A DNA stretch of 63,777 nucleotides, counting the filler, from Octopus bimaculoides (lineage: Eukaryota), in the NCBI RefSeq assembly GCF_001194135.2. It is 5 parts of 5 records of this genome, joined end to end, with 100 filler letters (N's around TTAATTAATTAA, not from the genome) between each part and the next. Parts side by side here need not be neighbours in the genome. Positions count along the whole stretch, not along the records: positions 33,901 to 54,104 come from NC_069000.1; positions 54,205 to 57,329 come from NC_068987.1; positions 57,430 to 63,777 come from NC_068985.1; 2 more parts are not named here. One strand, given 5' to 3'. This document shows, piece by piece, positions 52,631-63,777 of this stretch (position 1 is its first letter; each line of letters opens with the position of its first letter). Under the pieces are notes generated by a model. The model worked only from the letters and a program-made list of their open reading frames with translations, was not told where the DNA came from and did not search any database. Position numbers and translations under genes: made by a program.

Positions 52631-53179
52631 AAAATAATAATGACTTCATTTATTTGCCACAAGGGCGAAGGATGAGGGGGACAATGCAGAGACAGACATA
52701 AAATGATGGGGTTTTACATATGATAATGGAAAGATAAAGCTAAATGTAACTCTACACGGTATAGAATGAAAAAAGAAGGGTCATTTGCACAGCATACAAC
52801 CATAAAAAAGGGGAAGGGGGCGAGGAGGATGATAGAGATGTGGCCCTCCTGATAGAGGAAGGCCTCTAGGGATTATCGAGGAACCCAACTGTCCGACATT
52901 TCTCTCAAACCCTACGTGAAAGTGCCCTCTCCAATTCTTTCTCTCCGACTCACAGGTCTACTCTTAGAGAAGTACCATCCACTCTTCCTAATTTTCGCAA
53001 CTTTCACTTTCACTCACCTAAACTCACTCAAGTACAGCACTACACTCTCCACTCTCAATTTCCTTTCCGAGTAAAACTTGAAAAAGTCAATGAAAACTTT
53101 ATCAAAGGCGACCGCATCTACCCTCATTCCTTTCAGCCTTGTCCATCAAATAATCGCTTTCGCTAATCCTTTCTACTAT

Positions 53180-53620
53180 AGAAGCCCGTCGTATATATGA
53201 ATGTATATATATATATATATNNNNNNNNNNNNNNNNNNNNNNNNNNNNNNNNNNNNNNNNNNNNNNNNNNNNNNNNNNNNNNNNNNNNNNNNNNNNNNNN
53301 NNNNNNNNNNNNNNNNNNNNNNNNNNNNNNNNNNNNNNNNNNNNNNNNNNNNNNNNNNNNNNNNNNNNNNNNNNNNNNNNNNNNNNNNNNNNNNNNNNNN
53401 NNNNNNNNNNNNNNNNNNNNNNCCCCCCCCCAACATCGCCTGACAACCGATGCTGGTGTGTTTATGTCCCCGTAACTTAGCGGTTCGGCAAAAGGGACCG
53501 ATCGAATAAGTACTAGGCATCCAAAGAATAAGTCCTGGGGTCGATTTACTCGACGAAAGGCGGTGCTCCAGCATGGCGCCGCAGTCAAATGACTGAAACA
53601 AGTAAAAGAGTAAAAGAGTA
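53180..53620 (+). mobile_element. Family B SINE whose internal microsatellite is an assembly gap
   Basis: gaagcccgtcgtatatat before gap 53221-53421; ccaacatcgcctgacaaccgatgctgg...aaacaagtaaaagagtaaaagag after it. Confidence 0.85.
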
Positions 53621-53790
53621 TAGGCACAAGACCAGGTGCCTAACTGGTACTTACTTTACCGACTCCAAAAAAAAAGACGGCAGGCAAAGCCTAACCTCGG
53701 CGGTATTTGAAATCTGAACACAGCGACGGTCGTAATAACGCTAAGCACTTCGTCCGACGCGCTAACGACTCTGCCAGTTCGCCGCGAAAC
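53621..53790 (-). mobile_element. Family A SINE, degenerate
   Basis: aactggtacttact...aacctcggcggtatttgaa...gctaagcacttcgtccgacgcgctaacgactctgccagttcgccg. Confidence 0.7.
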
Positions 53791-53951
53791 ACTAAACACT
53801 TCGGCCAGTTCCACCGCCACCACGACCAATACAAACACTGCTGGTATTAATAGCTTGGCCGTCACGCTGTCTTTACCACCACCACCACCACTACTACTAT
53901 TACTCGTACTACAAACATTAATACAGCACTAACCTAACATTTCTACCATTC

Positions 53952-53989
<38 letters not shown>

Positions 53990-54002
53990 GCTGCTCCTGC
54001 TG

Positions 54003-54040
<38 letters not shown>

Positions 54041-54051
54041 GCTGCTGCTGT

Positions 54052-54096
<45 letters not shown>

Positions 54097-54104
54097 GACC
54101 ACCA

Positions 54105-54204
54105 NNNNNNNNNNNNNNNNNNNNNNNNNNNNNNNNNNNNNNNNNNNNTTAATTAATTAANNNNNNNNNNNNNNNNNNNNNNNNNNNNNNNNNNNNNNNN
54201 NNNN
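54105..54204. other. Artificial scaffold-join spacer
   Basis: 44 N + TTAATTAATTAA (54149-54160) + 44 N. Confidence 0.97.
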
Positions 54205-55072
54205 CTCTCTCTCTCTCTCGCTCCTCTCTCTCTCTCTTGCTCCTCTCTCTCTCTCTCTCTCACTCTTCTGTCGCTCTCTCGTCCTTCTCTCTCTCTCTCT
54301 CGTCCTTCTCTCTCTCTCGCTCGTCCTTCTCTCGCTCCTCTCTCTCTCTCTATCTCTCAGTCTCGATCCTCTCTCTCTGGCCACTTTCTCCCCCTCTCTC
54401 TCTCTATCTCTTTCTCTCTCTCGCTCTATCTCTGTCTGTCTGTCTCTCTCTCTAATTCGCTCTCTCTATCTATTTCTCTCTCGCTCTATCTCCGTCTCTC
54501 TCTCTCACTCCCTCTCTCTCTCTCTCTGACTCTCTCTCTGTCACTCTCTCTCTTTCTGTCTCTCTCTCTCTCTAGAGAGAGAGAGAAAGAGAGAGAGAGA
54601 GAAAGAGGGAGAGAGAGAGTGAGAGACAGAGAGAGAGAGAGAGAGAGTGACAGAGAGAGATAGAGACAGAGAGAGAGACAGAGACAGACAGACAGAGATA
54701 GAGCGGAAGAGATAGAGCGAGAGAGAGAGAAAGAGGAAGAGAAAGAGAGAGAGTGAGAGAGTGAGAAAGAGAGAGACGCAGAGAAAGAGAGGAACGAGAA
54801 AGAGAGAGGAGTGAGAGAGAGAGAAGCGAGAGAGAGAGAGGAGCGAGAAAGAGAGAGAAGCAAGAGAGAGAGGAGCGAGAGAGAGAGAAGAGCAAGAGAG
54901 AGAGAAGAGCAAGAGAGAGAGAGAGAGGAGCGAGAGAGAGAAAGAAAACCAAGAGAGAGAGAGCGGAACGAGAGAGAGAGGAGTGAGAGAGAAGCGAGAG
55001 AGAGAGAGAGAGGAGCGAGAGAGAGGCGAGAGCTCTCACACCTCTCTCTCTAGCTCTTCTCTCTCTCGCTCC
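54205..55072. repeat. Degenerate (CT)n followed by (GA)n, forming an imperfect foldback
   Basis: Strand flip at tctcTAgaga (about 54573); specific variants are mirrored, e.g. cgctctatctctgtctgtctgtctc versus gagacagacagacagagatagagcg. Confidence 0.85.
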
Positions 55073-55074
55073 TA

Positions 55075-57146
55075 GTACGTTAGGACGGACGTACGTTCAT
55101 AGTTCGTTAGGACGGATGTACGTGCAGGCGAATAGGGACGCACGTGCGTACGTTCATAGTTCGTTAGGACGGACGTAAGTACAGGCGAAAAGGGACGGAC
55201 ACGCGAACGTTCATAGTTCGTTAGGACGGACGTAAGTACAGGCAAATAGTGACGAACGTGCGTCCGTTCATAGTTCGTTAGGATGGACGTACGTGCAGGC
55301 GAATACCGACGGACGCACGAACGTTCATAGTTCGTTAGGACGAACGTAAGTACAGACGAAAAGAGACGGACGCGTGTACGTTCATAGTTCGTTAGGACGG
55401 ATGTACGTGCAGACGAATAGGGACGGACGTACGTGCAGACGAATAGGGACGGACGCACGTACATTCATAATTCGTTAGGACGGACGTACGTACGTACAGG
55501 CGAATAGCGACGGACTCGCGTACGTTCATAGTTCGTTCTGACGGACGTAAGTGCAGGCGAATAGGGACGGACGTGAGTACGTTCATAGATCGTTTGGACG
55601 GACGTAAGTGCAGGCGAATAGGGACGGACGGGCGCACATTCATAGTTCGTTAGGACAGACGTACGTGCAGGCGAATAGGGACGGACGCGCGTACGTTCAT
55701 AGTTCGTTAGGACGGACGGACGTGCAGGCGAATAGGGACGGACGCGCGTACATTCATAGTTCGTTATGACGGGCGTACGTGAAGGCGAATAGGGACGCAC
55801 GTGAGTACGTTCATAGATCGTTAGGACGGACGTAAGTGCAGGCGAATAGGGATGGACTCACGTACGTTCATAGTTCGTTAGCACGGACATACGTGCAGGC
55901 GAATAGGGACGGACGCTTACGTTCATAGTTCATTAGGACAGACGTACGCGCAGGCGAATAGGGACGGACGCACGTACGTTCATAGTTCGTTAGGACGGAC
56001 GTACATACAGGCAAATAGGGCCGGATGCGTGCACGTTCATAGTTCGTTAGGACGGACGTAAGTGCAGGCGAATAGGGACGGACGCGCGTACATTCATAGT
56101 TCGTTAGAACGGACGTACGTGCAGGCGAATAGGAACGGACGTGAGTACGTTCATAGATCGTTAGCACGGACATACGTGCAGGCGAATATGGACGGACGCT
56201 TACGTTCATAGTTCATTAGGACAGATGTACGCGCAGGCGAATAGGGACGGACGCACGTACGTTCATAGCAGGCGAATAGGGACGGATGCGCGTACGTTCA
56301 TAGTTCGTTAGGACGGACGTATGTGCAGGCGAATAGGGACGGACGCACGTAGGTTCACAGTTCGTTAGGACGGACGTATGTGCAGGCGAATAGGGACGGA
56401 CGCACGTACGTTCAAAGTTTGTTAGAACAGACGTACGTGCAGGCAAATGGGGACGGGCGCACTTACGTTCATAGTTCGTTAGGACGGGCGTACGTGCAGC
56501 TAATAGAGACGGACGCACGTACGTTCATAGTTCGTTAGGACAGACGTACGTGCAGGCGAATAGGGACGGACGCGAGTACGTTCATAGTTCGTTAGGACGG
56601 ACGTACGTGCAGGCGAATAGGGACGGACGCACGTACGTTCATAGTTCGTTAGAACGGACGTACGTGCAGGCAAATAGGGACGGACGCACGTACGTGCATA
56701 GTTCGTTAGGACGGACGTACGAGCAGGCGAATAGGGACGGACGCACGTAGGTTCACAATTCGTTAGAACGGACGTACGTGCAGGCAAATAGGGACGGACG
56801 TACGTACGTTCATAGTCCGTTAGGACGGACGTACGAACAGGCGAATAGGGACGGACGGACGTGCAGGCGAATAGGGACGGACGCGAGTACGTTCATAGTT
56901 CGTTAGGACGGACGTACGTGCAGGCGAATAGGGACGGACGCACGTACGTTCTTAGTTTGTTAGGACGGACGTACGTGCAGTTAATAGAGACGGACGCGCG
57001 TACGTTCATAGTTCGTTAGGACGGACGTAGGTGCAGGCGAATAGAGACCGACGCGCGTACGTTCATAATTCGTTAGGACGGACGTACGTAACTACGTGCA
57101 GGCGATAGGGACGGACGCACGTACGTTCATAGTTCGTTAGGACGGA
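55075..57146. repeat. CpG-rich 57-bp tandem satellite, about 36 copies
   Basis: Consensus cgtacgttcatagttcgttaggacggacgtacgtgcaggcgaatagggacggacgcg; minus-strand translation repeats every 19 aa (RPYSPARTSVLTNYERTRV). Confidence 0.96.
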
Positions 57147-57329
57147 GCTCCGTAGCTCTCCGGCAGAGCGGGCGTACGTTGAGACAAGAGCAACGGACGA
57201 AGCTCCGTAGCTCTCTGGCAGAGCGGGCGTACGCTGAGACAAGAGCAACGGACGAAGCTCCGTAGCTCTCCGGCAGAGCGGGCGTACGTTGAGACAAGAG
57301 CAACGGACGAAACTCCGTAGCTCTCCGGC
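57147..57329. repeat. 55-bp tandem repeat, 3.3 copies, cut by the join
   Basis: gctccgtagctctccggcagagcgggcgtacgttgagacaagagcaacggacgaa starting at 57147, 57202, 57257 and 57312. Confidence 0.95.
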
Positions 57330-57429
57330 NNNNNNNNNNNNNNNNNNNNNNNNNNNNNNNNNNNNNNNNNNNNTTAATTAATTAANNNNNNNNNNNNNNN
57401 NNNNNNNNNNNNNNNNNNNNNNNNNNNNN
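57330..57429. other. Artificial scaffold-join spacer
   Basis: 44 N + TTAATTAATTAA (57374-57385) + 44 N. Confidence 0.97.
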
Positions 57430-57463
<34 letters not shown>

Positions 57464-57816
57464 CATATCATATATATGTATGGATGGATGTATAGATGCA
57501 TATAACGCACATATTCTAACATGCACGTATATGCATTAAGTGTGAAAGAGACATACGTAACTAATGAAAAGGATGGAGAGTGAGAAAGAGATATCTCATT
57601 TCGTTATTAAATTATTTTATTTATTGTTCCATTGTCTTGAACATTCAGTGTAAAGCAGATATTGGTCAGGATTTTATTACTGTCCATCTGTGAGCTTCAG
57701 TTCAGTTGCCATGGAATGGCCAACCCCTGTATCCATCTATGCTTACATAAATTTATATACCACTACACACACAAACACGCATACATACATGCATACATAC
57801 ATACATACATACATAC

Positions 57817-57847
<31 letters not shown>

Positions 57848-58157
57848 CATACATACATACATACTTACATACATACATCCAAATTCCTATCGAGTTAAAT
57901 TTCTAACGAATTTTACTCTATACACTCTCTTGATATTCTCTATCAGTAAATATTCAGTAGTTAGGGTTGGCATTGCATTCAATTAACATTTCTATTGAGG
58001 CATGGTAAAACGTTTAAGATACACAGAAAATGGTATCCAAAACTTTGTTATCATTTTTTGTATTGTGTAACGCTTGATTTGTTAGTGCATAGATGATAGG
58101 GCGTGGCATCTTCGACAAATATATATCACTGTACTGCTGGGAAAGCCTTATAACTGG

Positions 58158-58193
<36 letters not shown>

Positions 58194-59449
58194 NNNNNNN
58201 NNNNNNNNNNNNNNNNNNNNNNNNNNNNNNNNNNNNNNNNNNNNNNNNNNNNNNNNNNNNNNNNNNNNNNNNNNNNNNNNNNNNNNNNNNNNNNNNNNNN
58301 NNNNNNNNNNNNNNNNNNNNNNNNNNNNNNNNNNNNNNNNNNNNNNNNNNNNNNNNNNNNNNNNNNNNNNNNNNNNNNNNNNNNNNNNNNNNNNNNNNNN
58401 NNNNNNNNNNNNNNNNNNNNNNNNNNNNNNNNNNNNNNNNNNNNNNNNNNNNNNNNNNNNNNNNNNNNNNNNNNNNNNNNNNNNNNNNNNNNNNNNNNNN
58501 TATATATAGTATAGATATAGGGCAAAGAATCATTAATTTATTAAGAAATTAATAATTGATAATTTTATATATATATATATATAATGTATAAATATATGCA
58601 TATATCCATACATATATGTACATACCTACATATATATGTATATACGCATGCATATATGTGTACAGAGCATACAAAAAACGTTAAACAATAAGAAACGAGG
58701 ACATAAAAACGAAAACATAGAAAACGAACTTTTTTTCGAACAAGGAAAAAGACAAACACAGAAACGAGACATGCAACAAAGAGTATACTCCTTCGTCAGT
58801 TGTTCCTGTTTCATCTATTCCGCGTTTCGAAGGAGAGGACAATACGCGACTTCGTTGAAACAGTCCTTCCCGCAAAGCAAATTTTAAAAAAAATCGGATT
58901 CTTTCGGGAGGGTGAAAGTGTTGACAAGAACAGGACAGTGAGAACAAGACAGCAAAAACAAACGGTGAAGGCTGTTGAGCCATGACGATAGAAAAATTTA
59001 TTTTGAACGCTAAGTAGACGAGCCATACAAGGAGACATGCGAGGCACATCTTTTCTTTAGGAAGGAAATGGACAGAAAGATAGATCCCCTTTTGTCACAT
59101 ACATATATATACATATACACACACGTACATACATATATTTATATATATATATATATTCATATATTTATGTATACCTCTATATATACATATATACACACAC
59201 ACAGGCACACACACACAAACACACACTGTATGTGTGCGTGTGTGTTTGTGTTCGTGTCTGTCCTTCCACTGCTTGACAACAATTGATGGTTTTCTTACGT
59301 CCATGTAATATACTAATTCGTCGAAGTGGCCAAAACAATAAGGCTTAGACTTTAAAATGTATGTACTACAGTTATTTTTTTTTATTACACTGAATAGCCA
59401 ATATGAAACCAGTGCAATGACTGAAACAACTACATGAAAGTCAACTAGA

Positions 59450-59940
59450 CTATGGTTGGGAGACAACAGTTTACTCAAAGCGGCTGCACTCGGCTTCCAG
59501 CACTGGCACCTGGCGTGTGTATTCCTCACTATGTGTCTGGGACGACCTTCAAAACCTCCTTGGTCGTAGCCATCAGCTCGGCTTTGGTGTCGGGAGAAAA
59601 TCGGCTGTTGACTTTCACAAGCGCGGGCCAAGCATAGCGATCAATACGATTACAATTGGAGAAATTAAGGTACCAGAAATTGGGGCTGGTAAAGTCGTAG
59701 AAATTCTCCGAATACCATTTCTGATTCTTCTCGGAGTAATGACACGGAGCCGAATCCTGTTACCACAAATATAGTCTTCCAGTCGCAAGGCTCTCAATGC
59801 AGAGTTTGACCATAGTTTGTGGCAGCAGCACATAACCGCCTTAATTGTATCTAACATCCTGTTCAAAGATGTAGGAATAAACGCCGTCGTGCGGATTCTA
59901 TCTCTACATCTTTGTCGCATTCAGCAAGAACGCCCTATAT
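59450..59940 (-). mobile_element. Second DD37D (maT) transposase relic, C-terminal part
   Basis: YLW*QDSAPCHYSEKNQKWYSENFYDFTSPNFWYLNFSNCNRIDRYAW: exactly 37 residues between the D of QDSA and the D of RIDR. Confidence 0.85.
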
Positions 59941-60372
59941 ACGTGCATAAGTATATTCATATTCACAAACATTCATAAATACAGACATACATACATGCTT
60001 ACATATATATAAAGAGAAAGACAGACAAACAGACACACACACAAAGATGGACTTACAGACAGATATATACGTAGGTCGGTCGGTGGATAGATAGAAAGAT
60101 AGAGAGAGAGGGAGAGAGGGGTAGACAGATAGACATAAATGTATAGAGAGAGATGCATACATACATACATACATACATACGTACGTACGTACGTAAGTTA
60201 GAAGTTACTTTTTTTCTCGTACAAAATGTTTTATATATACACTACAATCGAATATTGAGTAATCATTCAATGTAATGTTATATTGTTTTATATATAACTA
60301 ATCATCTAAACAGACAGGCACACACACGCACGCACACAAAGGTACACACATGCACATTTATATATGTGAGTA

Positions 60373-60693
60373 GACCCCGTCGGTCATGAATGACCACTGA
60401 ATTGCACCTAGAAAGTTACCTTCCAAGGTAGAAGTCCAGGCAAGGTTGTTTGTGAAAGGTCAGCAGTCGCCCATGCATCCAGCCTCCCCTCCCCACACCA
60501 CTGATGTTATCTAAGGGAAAGTCAAAGGCCGACCGAGCATGGTACCAGGGATGTCGCAACTCATTTCTACAGCTGAGTTAACTGGAGCAACGTGAACAAG
60601 AACACAACACACCACCCGGTCCGGGAATCGAACTCACAAACAACCTCATGATCGTAAGCTCGACGCTCTAAACACTGACCCATGCGGCTTCAC
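60373..60693 (-). mobile_element. Meta-like SINE, second tail type
   Basis: Matches 32778-33085; B-box ccgggaatcgaactc on the plus text. Confidence 0.82.
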
Positions 60694-60700
60694 AGCATTG

Positions 60701-60759
<59 letters not shown>

Positions 60760-61476
60760 CAAATATATATACACACATATATATATAAATATATACACAN
60801 NNNNNNNNNNNNNNNNNNNNNNNNNNNNNNNNNNNNNNNNNNNNNNNNNNNNNNNNNNNTATATATATATATATATATATATTCACTCATGTATATATTC
60901 ACTCATACGCTCGTACATTTATAGGTACAAACACACAAACAATGCATTAGTGGAATTGTTGTAGTTAAATACGTTGGTTGCATTTGAGAATTTATTCCAG
61001 ATGATTGCATCTGATAAATTTTCACAACAAATAAAGTAGGCCCTTCGGAACACGTCCGAAAAATTAATTAGTGATAGTATAGGCAAGTGTTACAGACAGC
61101 AAACCATTTATGGTTTATACTTGACAACGACGACATTAATGCTGGCAGTGGAAAAGCTAGGGAAATTGTAAGTTACACAAAATCTACTTTCCACACTCTG
61201 TTGTCTTTTTGCTTCTTTATATCTGTCTCTCTCATATCATGCTCCACGGTCCATTGTATTCTTAATGAAGTGACTGTTGCAATAATAATTGCTTGTTTCA
61301 GCCTAAATCAGAGTTTACTACAATTATGATTATCATTAAGGCAGCGAGCTGTCAGAAACGTTACACTGCCTGACAAAATATTTAGCGGCACTTCATCGGT
61401 CTTTACTGCCTGACTGCAATTTCTGCTGAGTTTGATTTTGCATTTCATCCTTTTGTGGTCGATAAAATTAGTGCTG

Positions 61477-61610
61477 TTATTTATATTATTTATATTTGAC
61501 GAATATTTGTCTTTATTTTGTTTGTTGTTAACACAACGTTTCGGCTGATATACCCTGCAGCCTTCACGAGGTGCCTTGGGGATTTTTCGAACCTGAGTTC
61601 TCATTCCTAA
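61477..61610 (-). mobile_element. Penelope-type terminal repeat with a hammerhead-like motif
   Basis: Minus strand: ggcac CTCGTGA a GGCTG cagggtatat CAGCC GAAAC GTT gtgtt. Confidence 0.7.
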
Positions 61611-61804
61611 CTCTTTACTCTTTTACTCTTTTACTTGTTTCAGTCATTTAACTGCGCCCATGCTCGAGCACCGCCTTTAGTCGAGAAAATGTAAGCCTAG
61701 TACTTATTCTATCGGTCTCTTTTTGCCGAACCGCTAAGTTACGGGGGACATAAACACACCACCATCGGTTGTCAAGCGATGGTGGGAGGACAAACACAAA
61801 CACA

Positions 61805-61838
<34 letters not shown>

Positions 61839-62132
61839 NNNNNNNNNNNNNNNNNNNNNNNNNNNNNNNNNNNNNNNNNNNNNNNNNNNNNNNNNNNNNN
61901 NNNNNNNNNNNNNNNNNNNNNNNNNNNNNNNNNNNNNNNNNNNNNNNNNNNNNNNNNNNNNNNNNNNNNNNNNNNNNNNNNNNNNNNNNNNNNNNNNNNN
62001 NNNNNNNNNNNNNNNNNNNNNNNNNNNNNNNNNNNNNNNNNNNNNNNNNNNNNNNNNNNNNNNNNNNNNNNNNNNCCGGAACCATGTGGTTGGTAAGCAA
62101 GCTACTTACCACACAACCACTCCTGCACCTAT
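61611..62132 (-). mobile_element. Full-length family B SINE with a gap in its internal microsatellite
   Basis: Tail at 61611, (CA)n running into gap 61819-62076, head ccggaaccatgtggttggtaagcaagctacttaccacacaaccactcctgcacc. Confidence 0.88.
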
Positions 62133-62144
62133 AGTATTTTTCGA

Positions 62145-62212
<68 letters not shown>

Positions 62213-62357
62213 TTATTATTATTATTATTTTTGATAGAGCAGTGCATGCCTTCAAAGTGACACTGGGGTAAAATATACAAAGCCAATAATACCCACCATG
62301 TCTACCCGTCTGATAAGGGTACACCAGGCACATGTATCACAACCATAGAAAAATACA

Positions 62358-62546
62358 TTAGGAATGAGAACCCAGGTTCGAAATTTCCCCAAGACACCTC
62401 GTGAAGGCTGGAGGGTATATCAGCTGAAACGTTATGTTAACAACAAACAACATGAGGACAGATATCCGTCAACTGTAAATAATGTAAATAATGTAAATAA
62501 TGTACATAATTCCTCATCTCTTAAGTATAGAAATGTATTAAAATAA
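62358..62546 (+). mobile_element. Penelope-type terminal repeat, inverted partner of 61477-61610
   Basis: ttaggaatgagaacccaggttcgaaa...agacac CTCGTGA a GGCTG gagggtatat CAGCT GAAAC GTT atgtt. Confidence 0.7.
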
Positions 62547-63726
62547 GTGCCAGCTGAAAAGTGGAGCCGATGTTATCGATTTACAGCTGTCCTTAAAACT
62601 GGCCCACTACAAAAATGTGTAACCGTTTTTATAAGTATTATTTGTATTATAATTTATTTCTGGATTCATTATAGTACTGATGACGACAATGTTAGATTTC
62701 CAGATGGCTTCAGGAGTTTTATGAATAGGTGAAAATGCATAATATAATAAGAGCGGTATTTATCTTTCTGGCCTTTCATTTGCCTATCCATTACATGCTC
62801 TCATCAGGTGAAGTGGATTTTTCAAGTAATCTAATAGCAGTGAATACGAGATCTTCTAGATTCCACTGAACTTTCCTCTGCAGTCTTCCAGCTCTCTAGA
62901 GTAGAAGATCTTCAACAATTCTCTGTTACAACAACTGTAATAACTGGGTTTTATATCCTACAACATGAAACGTCTGCTCCTCGGTCCTGCATTCAAAACA
63001 ATACAACTCTTAGGAATGTATCTATGGTTCGAAGAGGTCGCAAGGACTTTAATCCCATACAAACCCTTCTGGCATTATGTTGTTCCTTATTGCCTATATA
63101 CTGGCAAGCCATGCATTATACAATACAAAGGTGATAAAGTTGTCGCCATCATTTCATATGCTGCTGTGTATCATACAATTTCAGGGTGCATTTTGGCTGA
63201 AATAGTAATATCCACATTTCCAAAAACCAGACAGAACCAACCGTTCGTTTCCCTTCCTCCACTTATGAATATGTTGTATCACACTTCAGCGAGTGCATGA
63301 TATGTACCATCATTGAAGGCCATAGACAAGGCAATCCTATACTCATACGGCAAATTTATTTCCATTCCCTTATTAACCATTGTTGGTCACATCATTGAAT
63401 AAAGAAAATGAATGTCTATCTTTGACAGGATACCTGTTGCTAATGTCCTGTTATTTGCATTTGTATTTGGGTAGCATTTCTCCGTTTTTTTCCCGTCCTT
63501 GTTTTCGTACACATTAGCTGCTTTCTTCCAAGGAATCTAGTGCTCTTAGCTTAGATTTTCCTTGAGGCTGGCCAGATTGGAGCAATCACGAGTATAAGCA
63601 GCTGAAATTGCAAAGATAATCTGGAACTCGACTGGCGATAGTAAACTCCGGATGGCCCGTCCTTGTTTTTTTCTTGTCCCTTTTGTGTATCATCTGTATG
63701 GATGTTCTTTTGTCCCATTTTTTGTA

Positions 63727-63772
<46 letters not shown>

Positions 63773-63777
63773 TTATG

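Noticed and set aside
55072-56787. Protein of 19-aa repeats (RPYSPARTSVLTNYERTRV)
   Set aside because: The frames are open only because the unit is a multiple of three. Frequent 4-bp and 1-2-bp indels break it into many short ORFs, and there are no splice or start signals.
55075-57329. CRISPR array
   Set aside because: The segments between the conserved words alternate between two fixed sequences rather than being unique spacers; there are no cas genes and the context is eukaryotic.
58780-58835. Hammerhead-like words (ctgacgaagg and ccttcgaaac) on the minus strand
   Set aside because: The order is permuted and I could not build stems I and III with a cleavable triplet.
62965-63300. 111-aa ORF or possible mariner relic (weak WIPHEL- and WVLY-like fragments near 62860-62990)
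   Set aside because: Too degenerate to assign; it needs several assumed frameshifts.

Overview
This is repeat-dominated, AT-rich animal DNA, most likely from an octopus. That assignment is an inference from the SINE families, RTE tails and dense (TA)/(CA)/(TAA)/(CAT) microsatellites. No complete protein-coding gene can be supported. Four identical 100-bp spacers (44 N + TTAATTAATTAA + 44 N) show the window is a join of five assembly pieces: 1-19529, 19630-33800, 33901-54104, 54205-57329 and 57430-63777. Recognisable content includes three or more tRNA-headed SINE families (Deu/Nin-like, CORE-like with an internal microsatellite, Meta-like), RTE, Dong/R4 and CR1/Jockey-group LINE relics, two DD37D (maT) Tc1/mariner relics and hAT relics. 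Penelope-type termini carry degenerate minimal hammerhead-ribozyme motifs. The most unusual piece is a 3.1-kb mini-scaffold made of a CT/GA foldback, about 36 copies of a very CpG-rich 57-bp satellite, and the start of a second 55-bp satellite. The first piece is visibly CpG-depleted, as expected for a methylated gene body, and holds weak minus-strand micro-exon candidates.
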